Source of the DNA: Candidatus Anaerostipes avistercoris
GTDB taxonomy: Bacteria; Bacillota; Clostridia; Lachnospirales; Lachnospiraceae
Direction of reading: 5' to 3'
Length of the DNA stretch: 64,000 nucleotides
Assembly (NCBI GenBank): GCA_019119895.1
Contig: DWWD01000021.1
Span: forward strand, 11,789 to 75,788
A model generated the notes under the pieces. The model saw only the letters and a list, made by a program, of their open reading frames with translations, was not told where the DNA came from and did not search any database. A program made the position numbers and the translations under genes. Position 1 is the stretch's first letter. The number at the start of each line of letters is the position of its first letter. Shown here in pieces: positions 1-9,380 of the stretch.

Positions 1-1
1 T

Positions 2-187
2 CCGCAGGTTGCTCTGGATGTTGATTATGAAAACGGTATGGGAATCTCTGTGGGCCGTCTGCGTGAGGACACGGTATATGATTATAAATTTGTCGGATTG
101 TCTCACAATACGCTCCGCGGTGCGGCAGGAGGTGCCGTTCTCTGTGCTGAGACCTTGAAAGCAAAAGGATATATTACAAAGAAATAG
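2..187 (+). CDS. asd: aspartate-semialdehyde dehydrogenase, C-terminal part (5'-truncated by window edge)
   Basis: Manual translation from nt 2 gives PQVALDVDYENGMGISVGRLREDTVYDYKFVGLSHNTLRGAAGGAVLCAE...KK*. LSHNTLRGAAG is the Asd C-terminal motif. Confidence 0.9.
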   Translation, partial: PQVALDVDYENGMGISVGRLREDTVYDYKFVGLSHNTLRGAAGGAVLCAETLKAKGYITKK

Positions 188-278
188 GCAGAGGAAGCCG
201 TATTATAAGGGAACATAACAAAAGAAACACGCGCGGGATGCGTGTTTCTTTTTCTAAAAAACATAAGAGGAGCATATA

Positions 279-1148
279 ATGTTAGGGAAAACAAATGTGG
301 ACTGGAATACCGTATTGAATAATTATCTTGACAGGATTCTGGAGATGGCCGGAAATATCGTCGTGGCGATTCTCATTATTGTAATTGGATTTAAACTGAT
401 CAAGATGTTGATTCGTTTTTTGAAAACCGCCCTGGAAAAAGGGGATATAGATTACGGTGTGATTTCCTTTTCCTGTTCTTTTGTAAAAATTGCTCTCAGG
501 GTGCTGGTGATTCTGGCGGCAGTAGATCATGTGGGGGTTAAGACCAGTTCTTTTATCGCTCTGCTGGGGTCTGCGGGCGTTGCTGTAGGTCTTGCTCTGC
601 AGGGCAGCCTTTCCAACATTGCGGGAGGAGTCCTTCTTCTGATTCTGAAGCCGTTTCAGGTAGGAGATTACATTGTTCTGGAAGGAACCATGTGTGAGGG
701 AGAAGTCGCAGCAATGGATATTTATTACACAAAATTAAAGACCATTGACAACCGGGTCATTGTCATACCAAACGGAACACTGACCAACAGCAATCTGATC
801 AACAATACAAAGCAGGACAAGAGACTCATTGATATTACAGTGGGAGTATCCTATGATGCGGATATCAAGAAGGTCAAAGAAATTCTTGGTGAAATCACTG
901 CAAAAGAAAAAAGCATTCTGGATCAGGAAGGAGTCAAGATTTTCGTAAGCAGCCTGGCGGACAGCGCGGTTATGATGGGAATCCGGTGCTGGGTTTCCAC
1001 AGACGAATATGTAGGCGCAAAATGGAGACTTAATGAAGATATCAAACTTTCCTTTGACCGGGAAGGAATTGAAATTCCATACCAGAAACTGGATGTCTGC
1101 ATCAAGTCGGAAGATGATACACCGGGTAAAATCGAAGCGGAAGCATAA
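279..1148 (+). CDS. mscS: small-conductance mechanosensitive channel (MscS family)
   Basis: 289 aa. TM3 motif GSAGVAVGLALQGSLSNIAGG, then KPFQVGDYI and IPNG. GAGGAG RBS. Confidence 0.92.
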   Translation: MLGKTNVDWNTVLNNYLDRILEMAGNIVVAILIIVIGFKLIKMLIRFLKTALEKGDIDYGVISFSCSFVKIALRVLVILAAVDHVGVKTSSFIALLGSAGVAVGLALQGSLSNIAGGVLLLILKPFQVGDYIVLEGTMCEGEVAAMDIYYTKLKTIDNRVIVIPNGTLTNSNLINNTKQDKRLIDITVGVSYDADIKKVKEILGEITAKEKSILDQEGVKIFVSSLADSAVMMGIRCWVSTDEYVGAKWRLNEDIKLSFDREGIEIPYQKLDVCIKSEDDTPGKIEAEA

Positions 1149-1152
1149 AAAT

Positions 1153-1190
1153 ACAGCCATGATCTGAGGAATCTCAGTATTCATGGCTGT
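1153..1190. terminator. bidirectional intrinsic terminator between convergent genes
   Basis: Stem ACAGCCATGA/TCATGGCTGT with inner CTGAG/CTCAG, flanked by A-run and T-run. Confidence 0.75.
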
Positions 1191-1212
1191 TTTCATTCCA
1201 CATAGAACTGTG

Positions 1213-2916
1213 TTACTTTTTGAAATTGGAAATCTTTTGTTCGATCCATTCTTTTAACCGGATCGCCTGGGAAGCAATCCACTGCCGGCGGATCAGAATA
1301 AAGAGCGCCAGGCAGAGGAAGAAAGCCACAGGAACCACAATGCCTGCGATGGAATACCAGTGGCTTGCGGTGGTATTTCCTTCGTAGGAAAGATCCAGAC
1401 TATCCCCGGACAAAGTGAACTGACTGAAATCATGGACAGTCTCATCTGACTTCAGCAGCCGGGACACTTCCCGGTTGGAAAGCGCCTGGGTTTTCGTATC
1501 GATTACCTTATCCTGCGGTTCCATTTGAACAGAGGCGGATTCCGATGAGTTTACAGATGCAAAGGTGTAGGTTCCTTTCACATCTTTGTTTCCTGACGTA
1601 AATTCAAACGTATCCTGAAAGGATGTGACGGATCCGCGAAATGGAGAGTTCGTTGTATCCGCGCTCAGAGACGCCTTTGGAAAGATTGCATTTAAATCAT
1701 TGGAGCAGTCTTCCACGGAGCCCTGCTGCCGGAATGTCAGGATGGTGGAATCGTTCTGTTTAGATAATTCCACATCAGAAATCGTACCGCCGGAAAAGGC
1801 TTTTTTCATGCAGGACAGCTGCTGACTGCTGCATCCGGAATCAAATGTAAAAGAGAATTTTCTTCGGATGTCAGAATCGTTATTCCATACAGTGATGATA
1901 TCATAAGTGGAAATCGGCTGCGCGTATTCGCCGGTAAATTCCAGGGATTTACTTTTTACCGCATCGTCCAGGACCTCTTTGCCGTCGAAGGTATAAGTGA
2001 CCGGAACAGTCCCCTTTTTTTGTATAAACTGAGAGAAATCCAGAGATTCCCGGTAATTCATCCTGAAACCGAAAGGATTGTCCTTTGCGGAGGAAACGCT
2101 GCAGGTGCCATAGGAAGAATCAGAGTGCAGAACCTCTCTTGTTTTGGCAGACAGATCCGTGAGACTGTCTGCCAAAACGGTAATGTTTAAGATTCTTCCA
2201 TTTTTCCAGCTGGACCAGGAAGGATCAGAGTCTTTAAAATAGGCCTCAATTTTTCCGGTATTCTGATCCAGAACTTTCTGCGGAATATAAAAAGAAATTT
2301 TCCGCTCCAGACTGCCGTCGTCCCGGGTTTCTGTTTCCATGGAGATGGATGACAATTCTGTGTAATTCATTTCATCAATGGAAATTTTATTATCGGTCGT
2401 ATAGGTTTTTCCCATGACAGTAATGGTCGTTTCTTTCAGATCCATGAATTGTTCCGCTGAATCCTGATCCACATATCCTTTTTCATATAATGCAGTGTAA
2501 AGCCAGGTCATAAGATCGGTGGAAGAGAAATTTTCTTTATAGATCAGACCGGATACAAAAGGAGAATCTCCGTACTGCCAGGTGACTTTCGGCGCGAAGT
2601 TAAGAATCTTTTCGACTTTTTCCTGATAGTCATCCAGTGATGAAAAAGACAGAGAAAACGTATAAATGTAATTGCCGCCGTCGGATGTTCTTTTGTAAGT
2701 AAGCTGGGACGGACAGGAATCCTCGATCGTCTGATCCAGATCTTTCTGTGTACCGTCAAAATAGCGCTGGAAGTCACGAGAAGAAAAGGTACAGGACATG
2801 GTCCGTGTACCCGAGAAATTCTCATCTAAATTTACTTTGCTGGTAAGTTCCACTCCGCATCCTGACAGCAGGAGAAGGAAAAGGAACATACATGCCATAA
2901 GAAATTTCTTCTTCAT
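1213..2916 (-). CDS. uncharacterised lipoprotein with three internal repeats and a C-terminal TM anchor
   Basis: 567 aa. Lipobox LLLSG|C at residue 20, C-terminal hydrophobic helix plus basic tail, three modules each with an (S/N)PF motif. RBS overlaps the argH stop. Confidence 0.8.
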   Translation of the reverse strand: MKKKFLMACMFLFLLLLSGCGVELTSKVNLDENFSGTRTMSCTFSSRDFQRYFDGTQKDLDQTIEDSCPSQLTYKRTSDGGNYIYTFSLSFSSLDDYQEKVEKILNFAPKVTWQYGDSPFVSGLIYKENFSSTDLMTWLYTALYEKGYVDQDSAEQFMDLKETTITVMGKTYTTDNKISIDEMNYTELSSISMETETRDDGSLERKISFYIPQKVLDQNTGKIEAYFKDSDPSWSSWKNGRILNITVLADSLTDLSAKTREVLHSDSSYGTCSVSSAKDNPFGFRMNYRESLDFSQFIQKKGTVPVTYTFDGKEVLDDAVKSKSLEFTGEYAQPISTYDIITVWNNDSDIRRKFSFTFDSGCSSQQLSCMKKAFSGGTISDVELSKQNDSTILTFRQQGSVEDCSNDLNAIFPKASLSADTTNSPFRGSVTSFQDTFEFTSGNKDVKGTYTFASVNSSESASVQMEPQDKVIDTKTQALSNREVSRLLKSDETVHDFSQFTLSGDSLDLSYEGNTTASHWYSIAGIVVPVAFFLCLALFILIRRQWIASQAIRLKEWIEQKISNFKK

Positions 2917-2928
2917 CGTAATATCCTC

Positions 2929-4311
2929 TTAGTTTAAATCGGTCAGATATGCTTCGTTGATTTCAATGACCTTTTCCATGGCGTCGTGTCCCGGCGCTCC
3001 GATGGTGTTTCTCTTTTCCACGCAGGTCTTCATGCTGATGGCTTCGTAAACATCTTCCTCGAATACAGGGCTGATGGCTTTGTATTCTTTCAGAGGGAGT
3101 TCATCCAGAGAAATATCTTTCTCAATGCACAGAAGCACAAGGCGTCCTACGATACCGTGGGCGTCGCGGAACGGAACACCATGGTTTACCAGGTAATCAG
3201 CCGCGTCAGTGGCGTTCGTGAATCCGTTTTTCGCACTGGCTTCCATCCGGTCATAGTTAAAAGTAATTGTTTTCATCATGCCGTTAAACAGGGAAATACA
3301 GCCTTTGACAGTGTCAATGGCGTCAAACGTCAGTTCCTTGTCTTCCTGCATGTCTTTGTTGTATGCCAGCGGAATTCCTTTCATTGTTGTCAGCAGAGAT
3401 ATCAGAGCACCGTATACACGGCCGGTCTTTCCGCGGACAAGTTCGGCAATGTCAGGATTTTTCTTCTGCGGCATGATGCTGCTTCCGGTGCTGAATCCGT
3501 CGTCGATTGTGACAAACTGATATTCGTTGGAATTCCAGAGAATGATTTCTTCGCAGAAACGGCTTAAATGCATCATGATCGTGGAAAGAGCGCTTAAAAG
3601 CTCGATCAGATAATCACGGTCGGATACGGAATCCATACTGTTTAAGGTCGGTCCGTAGAATCCGAGAAGTTCAGCCGTCTGTTCCCGGTCCAGAGGATAG
3701 GTCGTTCCCGCCAGAGCTCCGGCTCCCAGCGGACAGTAGTTCATTCTCTCATAAATATCGCATAACCGGCTGTAATCTCTCTTAAACATTTCCATATAAG
3801 CTCCCACGTGGTGAGCGAGAGTCACCGGCTGTGCCTTCTGTAGATGTGTAAAACCAGGCATAAAGGCGTCAATATTGTCTTTCATGATCTGATGGAGCGT
3901 TTCCATCAGTTCTTTTACAAGACTTTTGATTTCCGTGAGTTCATCTCTTGTATATAATTTCATATCCAGAGCCACCTGGTCGTTGCGGCTGCGCCCCGTG
4001 TGAAGTTTCTTGCCGGCATCGCCGATCCGGTCGATCAGATTCGCTTCCACAAAGCTGTGGATGTCTTCGTACTCACTGGTGATTTCAATTTTTCCATTTT
4101 CAATATCATCTAAAATGCCGTTCAGGCCGTCGATGATCTGATCACGTTCTTCTTCCGTCAGGACTCCTGTACTGGCGAGCATCGTCACATGGGCGATGCT
4201 TCCCTGAATATCCTGCTTGTAAAATTTCTGATCAAAAGAAATAGAAGCATTGAAATTGTATACTAACTGGTCTGTTTCCTTTGTGAAACGACCGCCCCAT
4301 AATTGTGCCAT
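2929..4311 (-). CDS. argH: argininosuccinate lyase
   Basis: LWGGRF, HTGRSRNDQVA and the fumarase-family signature GSSIMPQKKNPD. Confidence 0.98.
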   Translation of the reverse strand: MAQLWGGRFTKETDQLVYNFNASISFDQKFYKQDIQGSIAHVTMLASTGVLTEEERDQIIDGLNGILDDIENGKIEITSEYEDIHSFVEANLIDRIGDAGKKLHTGRSRNDQVALDMKLYTRDELTEIKSLVKELMETLHQIMKDNIDAFMPGFTHLQKAQPVTLAHHVGAYMEMFKRDYSRLCDIYERMNYCPLGAGALAGTTYPLDREQTAELLGFYGPTLNSMDSVSDRDYLIELLSALSTIMMHLSRFCEEIILWNSNEYQFVTIDDGFSTGSSIMPQKKNPDIAELVRGKTGRVYGALISLLTTMKGIPLAYNKDMQEDKELTFDAIDTVKGCISLFNGMMKTITFNYDRMEASAKNGFTNATDAADYLVNHGVPFRDAHGIVGRLVLLCIEKDISLDELPLKEYKAISPVFEEDVYEAISMKTCVEKRNTIGAPGHDAMEKVIEINEAYLTDLN

Positions 4312-4369
4312 AAATCAAATCCTCTTTTCTATTAGTTTCGCTCTTTGCGGTTGTCTGTATGCTTTCTAC

Positions 4370-4398
4370 ATTTTACACGATATGGGAGAAATTTGCCA
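4370..4398 (-). promoter_or_regulatory. sigma-A-type promoter of argH
   Basis: Minus strand TGGCAA-17 bp-TAAAAT. Confidence 0.6.
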
Positions 4399-4475
4399 TA
4401 TAATTTTGATTTTCTTAAGAATATATAAAAACAGAAAGGCGCACAATAAGGGAAGAAAAAAGCACAGGTGGGATT

Positions 4476-4901
4476 ATGGGAAAAAGATTACAGGTAGAAA
4501 AATATATCATATTGTTTGCAATAGGCGGAATGGCCTACTTTTTTTTGGAAGTGCTCGTCCGGGGATACTCCCATTACACGATGTTTTTGTGCGGAGGAGC
4601 CTGTTTTGTGTGCTGCGGGCTTTTGAATGAAAATAAAAAGGTGAAGATGAGCTTCCTCAGTCAGATGGTGCTTTCGTCTCTGATTATTACAGTGCTGGAA
4701 CTGATCACCGGACTGATTGTAAATATATGGCTGAAAATGGATATCTGGGATTATTCCAGTCTCCCGTACAATTTCAAAGGTCAGATTTGTCTGCTGTATT
4801 CCTTTTTCTGGTTTCTTGTTTCCAGCGTTGCCATTGTAATGGACGATCTTCTGCGGTACAAACTGTTTAATGAAGAAAAACCCCACTACAAATTTTTATA
4901 A
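4476..4901 (+). CDS. small membrane protein, putative ABC-transporter permease (CmpB/TMEM229-like)
   Basis: 141 aa, about 4 TM segments, ELITG...WDYS..PYNFKGQICL motif. Confidence 0.7.
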   Translation: MGKRLQVEKYIILFAIGGMAYFFLEVLVRGYSHYTMFLCGGACFVCCGLLNENKKVKMSFLSQMVLSSLIITVLELITGLIVNIWLKMDIWDYSSLPYNFKGQICLLYSFFWFLVSSVAIVMDDLLRYKLFNEEKPHYKFL

Positions 4902-4973
4902 ATATCATCTGCAGAGCTATCGACAGAAAACAGATTGTCTGTTATGGTAAAAGAAAAACTAAGGAGGAAAGTT

Positions 4974-5903
4974 ATGAAATATATTGCGGCCGGAGGACCG
5001 GATGTGAAGGCGTCCGCGGTGATTCAGGGGTGCATGAGGATTGACGCCCTTACTCAGAACGAACTGGACGCCCTGATCAAAAATGATCTTGAGCTGGGAA
5101 TTAATTTCTTTGACCATGCAGATATTTACGGCGACGGTATCTGTGAAGAAAAATTCGGACAGATTCTGAAGGTGGAACCATCTCTGAGAGATAAGATTAT
5201 TCTTCAGTCAAAATGCGGGATTGCAAAGGGCGAAAAGAACAATTATTTCGATTTTTCAAAAGAATATATCATTGGGGCGGCAGAGGCAAGCCTGAAACGG
5301 CTTGAGACGGATCATCTGGATTATCTGCTCCTGCATCGTCCGGATGCGCTTATGGAGCCGGAAGAAGTGGCGGAAGCATTTGATCAGCTGGAAAAACAGG
5401 GAAAAGTTCTTAAGTTTGGTGTCAGCAATCAGAATCCAATGCAGATCGAACTCTTAAAAACCTGTGTAAAGCAGCCGTTAAAAATCAATCAGATGCAGTT
5501 CAGTGTGGCTCATTCCTGCATGGTCAGCGAAGGTATGCAGGTAAACACCATGTTTGACGGAGGAATCTGTCGGGATGGAAGCATTCTTAATTATGCAAGG
5601 ATACATAAGATTACGATTCAGTGCTGGTCTCCGTTTCAGTATGGCGCCATCGAGGGTACTTTTATGGGGAATCCGGATTATCCGGAAGTCAATGAAGCGC
5701 TGCAGGTAATCGGAAAGAAATATGGAATTACGGACAGCGCGGCTGCAGTCGCATGGATCCTGAGGCATCCGGCGGATATGCAGGTAATCGCAGGAACCTG
5801 TAATCAGAAGAGGATGAGAGATATTGTAAAAGCCTGTGATGTAAAACTCAGCCGGGAGGACTGGTACTGGGTTTACAAAATGGCGGGAAATGTGATACCA
5901 TAG
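4974..5903 (+). CDS. aldo/keto reductase (YdhF/YcsN-like)
   Basis: FFDHADIYG, LQSKCGI, LLLHRPD, GVSN. Start reassigned to ATG 4974 behind AAGGAGG. Confidence 0.9.
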   Translation: MKYIAAGGPDVKASAVIQGCMRIDALTQNELDALIKNDLELGINFFDHADIYGDGICEEKFGQILKVEPSLRDKIILQSKCGIAKGEKNNYFDFSKEYIIGAAEASLKRLETDHLDYLLLHRPDALMEPEEVAEAFDQLEKQGKVLKFGVSNQNPMQIELLKTCVKQPLKINQMQFSVAHSCMVSEGMQVNTMFDGGICRDGSILNYARIHKITIQCWSPFQYGAIEGTFMGNPDYPEVNEALQVIGKKYGITDSAAAVAWILRHPADMQVIAGTCNQKRMRDIVKACDVKLSREDWYWVYKMAGNVIP

Positions 5904-5926
5904 ACAAATGAAAAGGGGCAGAAAAC

Positions 5927-6367
5927 ATGAAAATAAGCAAAAATTTAAAGAAAATCATCATTGCTCTCATCATCGTCGGCGTATGCGTGGTATTGTTTTA
6001 TCCGTTTACGTTTGAAAGATACATACGGAATAAGCAGAAGGTGCAGATTGCTGTCATGGATTCCATGTCTCAGACATCCGGAGACAAAGGAAACACTGTG
6101 ACATATGAAGCCGGAACGGAAGAATTTCAGAAAATCCGGGAAATCCTGGCAGATTATCAGTATCACCATACGATCAAAAGCTTTATCAATAATCCTCAGC
6201 TCAGCGGGGATCCAGATGAATTTATCATGCTGGTGATGGAAAATGACAGTCTGATCCTGACCAATGGAGGAGAAATCCTGATCAATGGGAGATTGTACCG
6301 GATCGGATATGGGGACGGTGCCAGGGCCCAGAAAATGATAGATGAGATCAAGGCAGTCATGGAATAA
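5927..6367 (+). CDS. hypothetical protein with N-terminal membrane anchor
   Basis: 146 aa, basic N-terminus plus hydrophobic helix, RBS present, lies in a run of co-oriented genes. No family recognised. Confidence 0.65.
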   Translation: MKISKNLKKIIIALIIVGVCVVLFYPFTFERYIRNKQKVQIAVMDSMSQTSGDKGNTVTYEAGTEEFQKIREILADYQYHHTIKSFINNPQLSGDPDEFIMLVMENDSLILTNGGEILINGRLYRIGYGDGARAQKMIDEIKAVME

Positions 6368-6409
6368 GGAGAACCTGTCCGGGTTCCATAGAATACAGGA
6401 GGAAAGAAC

Positions 6410-7501
6410 ATGGGAAAAGTAATATTAACAGGTGACCGGCCGACGGGACGCCTTCATGTGGGGCATTATGTAGGATCCCTGCGCAGAAGGGTGGAATTGC
6501 AGAATTCCGGCGAGTACAGTGATATTTATATTATGATCGCGGACGCCCAGGCGCTGACAGACAATGCGGAACACCCGGAGAAAGTCCGCCAGAATATCGT
6601 TGAGGTGGCGCTGGATTATTTATCTGCGGGAATGGATCCGGAGATAACGACGATTTTTATTCAGTCCATGATACCGGAACTTTTTGAAATGACAGCATAT
6701 TATATGAATCTGGTAACGGTGTCCAGACTCCAGAGAAATCCTACGGTAAAAAATGAGATTCAGATGAGAAACTTTGAGGCCAGCATTCCGGTGGGATTCT
6801 TCACATATCCGATCAGCCAGGCCGCCGATATTACGGCGTTCCAGGCCAATACGGTTCCGGTAGGAGAAGACCAGATGCCAATGATCGAACAGACCAGAGA
6901 GATTGTCCATAAATTTAATACGGTATATGGCGAGGATGTTCTTGTTATGCCGGAAATCCTTCTTCCGGACAACGATGCCTGCAGACGTCTGCCGGGCATC
7001 GATGGAAAAGCAAAGATGAGTAAATCATTGAATAACTGCATTTATCTGGCAGATACGGAAAAAGAGGTACAGCAGAAGGTAATGTCCATGTTTACGGATC
7101 CGAATCATATTAAGATCACAGATCCCGGAAAAGTAGAAGGCAATACGGTATTTACATATCTGGATGCGTTCTGCAAAGATGAGTATTTTGAAGAATACCT
7201 TCCGGATTATGCAAATCTGGAGGAACTCAAAGATCACTACCGCCGGGGAGGACTTGGTGATGTGAAGATCAAGAAGTTTTTAAATAAAGTTCTTCAGGAA
7301 GAATTAAGCCCGATCCGAGAGAGAAGAGCTTATTGGGAGAGCCGGATTCCGGAAGTCTATGAAATCTTAAAAAGCGGAAGTGAGAAAGCACAGAAAGTAG
7401 CGGCAGAGACATTGAAGAAAATGCGTGCGGCAATGAAAATCAATTATTTCGATGACAGTGCTTTGATTGCGGAACAGATCAAAAAATATCAGGAGTCATA
7501 A
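6410..7501 (+). CDS. trpS: tryptophanyl-tRNA synthetase
   Basis: [13 protein letters not shown] (HIGH), VPVGEDQ, AKMSKS. Confidence 0.97.
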   Translation: MGKVILTGDRPTGRLHVGHYVGSLRRRVELQNSGEYSDIYIMIADAQALTDNAEHPEKVRQNIVEVALDYLSAGMDPEITTIFIQSMIPELFEMTAYYMNLVTVSRLQRNPTVKNEIQMRNFEASIPVGFFTYPISQAADITAFQANTVPVGEDQMPMIEQTREIVHKFNTVYGEDVLVMPEILLPDNDACRRLPGIDGKAKMSKSLNNCIYLADTEKEVQQKVMSMFTDPNHIKITDPGKVEGNTVFTYLDAFCKDEYFEEYLPDYANLEELKDHYRRGGLGDVKIKKFLNKVLQEELSPIRERRAYWESRIPEVYEILKSGSEKAQKVAAETLKKMRAAMKINYFDDSALIAEQIKKYQES

Positions 7502-7502
7502 A

Positions 7503-8282
7503 ATGCACAGAGAATTTGCAGAAGATGTCAGCCGGATTGCTGCTTTTCTTGCGAAGAGAGACGTCAGCCGTCTGACCAGAGAAGCATTGCAGGAAACATA
7601 TGGAATCGAACAGCCGGCTGTCCTGTTGGTATTTGGAAACGATCTTCCTTACGTGGCGGAGGCCGCGTCAAAGGCGTTTCAGACAGGAATCGCTGAAAAG
7701 ATGATCTTTTGCGGGGGAATCGGCCATTCCACGAAACGGCTCCGGGCGGCGGTGGCTGCTTCGCAGCGGTACCCATGGAGCCTGCAGGTCATTGACCAGT
7801 TATCAGAAGCAGAGATTTACCGGATGATCGCCTGTGACCTATATCAGATTCCGGCAGAGAAGATCCTGCTTGATACGCAGTCAGCCAACAGCGGAGAGAA
7901 TGCGCAGAACGGTCTTGCTGTTATGGAAGCACACGGACTGGAGGATTTTCCTGTCATTTTAATGCAGGATCCTCTGCTGCAGAGGAGAGCAGAGGCTTCG
8001 TTCCGATTCTATGCAGGAGACAGAACGATGATCAGCTATGCGCCCTTTCTTCCGGTTTTGAATGAAGACGGCAGGATGAAAGAGGAGATTCCCTGTTTAT
8101 GGGACAGAGACAGGATGCTGGAATTGCTGTTCGGAGAAGTGATAAGGCTCAGAGATGATGAAAACGGCTATGGACCAAGAGGAAAAGGATTTATTGTTCA
8201 TGTTGAGGTTCCGGAAGAAATAGAGACGGCATATGCCAGGCTGAAAAATACACATCCGGAGATTAGCAGAGACATGATTTAA
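7503..8282 (+). CDS. YdcF/ElyC (DUF218) family protein
   Basis: CGGIGHST, SEAE, SANSGENA, QDPLLQRRA. Start probably ATG 7503, right after the trpS stop. Confidence 0.8.
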   Translation: MHREFAEDVSRIAAFLAKRDVSRLTREALQETYGIEQPAVLLVFGNDLPYVAEAASKAFQTGIAEKMIFCGGIGHSTKRLRAAVAASQRYPWSLQVIDQLSEAEIYRMIACDLYQIPAEKILLDTQSANSGENAQNGLAVMEAHGLEDFPVILMQDPLLQRRAEASFRFYAGDRTMISYAPFLPVLNEDGRMKEEIPCLWDRDRMLELLFGEVIRLRDDENGYGPRGKGFIVHVEVPEEIETAYARLKNTHPEISRDMI

Positions 8283-8330
8283 AAATTACATAACCGGCGA
8301 ATGGATGGCTGGTCAGATTTGGATGAAAAA

Positions 8331-8360
8331 GCGGAGAATCCTGCAAAGCAGGATTCTTTC
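8331..8360. repeat. 30-bp palindromic repeat, identical to 54705-54734; likely also a terminator
   Basis: GCGGAGAATCCTGCAAAGCAGGATTCTTTC occurs at both positions. Stem GAATCCTGC/GCAGGATTC followed by a T-run. Confidence 0.85.
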
Positions 8361-8379
8361 TTTTTTGGCTAAAATATAC

Positions 8380-8410
8380 TTGACCTTGGACTTACTCCAG
8401 ACCTTATAGT
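8380..8410 (+). promoter_or_regulatory. MerR-type promoter (19-bp spacer with dyad)
   Basis: TTGACC-19 bp-TATAGT. The spacer contains TGGA-CTTAC-TCCA. Confidence 0.7.
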
Positions 8411-8440
8411 TAGAAAAAAGGAGAAAGAAGGGAGAAGAAT

Positions 8441-8540
8441 ATGTTTTATCCACAATTATTCAGGTCTGGTAAAATTGGAACGATGGAAGTTAAGAACCGG
8501 ATTGTTATGCCTGCTATGGAAGTTCTTGCTGCGGGATTTT
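8441..8540 (+). pseudogene. N-terminal fragment of NADH:flavin oxidoreductase (Old Yellow Enzyme family)
   Basis: MFYPQLFRSGKIGTMEVKNRIVMPAM is the typical OYE start and has a strong RBS. The frame then runs into unrelated sequence and stops at 8644. Confidence 0.75.
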
Positions 8541-8610
8541 CAGATGCTATTTTTGCCGGAAAGGTCGAGGAAATCTATGAGTACGAAAGAGAACAGAAGC
8601 ATTGGAAAGT

Positions 8611-8871
8611 GGGCCGCTTGGAGGATTCCTCTGCGATTATATAGGAATCTGCATTGGCTCTCTGGCCGCTTTTGGACTGGCAAAATATTACGGCAGACCG
8701 ATTCTCGGCAGATTGTTTTCGGAAAAGCAGATTCACAAATATGACCGATGGACCCGGGAAAACGGAAGATTTCTGAAAATGTTTGCGGCGGCGATTTTCT
8801 TTCCGGTGGCTCCGGATGATTTTTTGTGCTATCTCGCCGGAACAACAGAAATGACCTGGAAACAGTATGTC
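8611..8871 (+). pseudogene. internal fragment of a TVP38/TMEM64 (VTT/DedA) membrane protein
   Basis: GPLGGFLCDYIGICIGSLAAFGLAKYYG...FFPVAPDDFLCYLAGTTEM. Lacks both termini. Confidence 0.75.
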
Positions 8872-9380
8872 AGGTATTCAACGATATGCAGCATACGATT
8901 CTTGCAGATCAGGAGCAGCGCACCAAAAACGAGAAGGCAAGAACGGATATGGCGGCGGGAATTTCTCATGATCTCAGGACGCCGTTGACGTCGGTTCAGG
9001 GATATATCAAGGGTGTTCTGGACGGTGTGGCGGATACGCCGGACAGGAAAAATATGTATCTTAAGACTGCCTATGAATCTACGGAGGAAATGAATGTCCT
9101 TTTTCAGAAGCTGTTTGATTTTTCCAGAATGGAGAGCGGACAGATGCCGTTTCATATGGTATCTGTGGATCTCGGGGAATTTACGGTATCCTGTGTGGCG
9201 CAGAAAGAAGCGGTCATGGATCCTGAAAATGCAGAGTTTACAATGGAACAGGATCCCGCATGGATTCCGGAAGTCATGCTGGATGTGGATCAGGTAAGAC
9301 GCATTTTTGACAATCTTCTGGAAAACAGTTTAAAATATGCCATGGTCCGGCCGGTGAGAATCCAGATCCGTCTCAGCTGA
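8865..9380 (+). pseudogene. internal fragment of a sensor histidine kinase
   Basis: End of HAMP, H-box ISHDLRTPLTS, N-box RIFDNLLENSLKY. No TM or sensor region; stops before the G1/F/G2 boxes. Confidence 0.8.

Noticed and set aside
6368-6409. T-box leader for trpS
   Set aside because: Only 42 bp upstream, with no T-box sequence or terminator.
8602-8988. ORF-track entries 8602-8988, 8826-9380 and 9389-9754 as intact genes
   Set aside because: Each lacks essential domains and a proper RBS or start; treated as pseudogene fragments.
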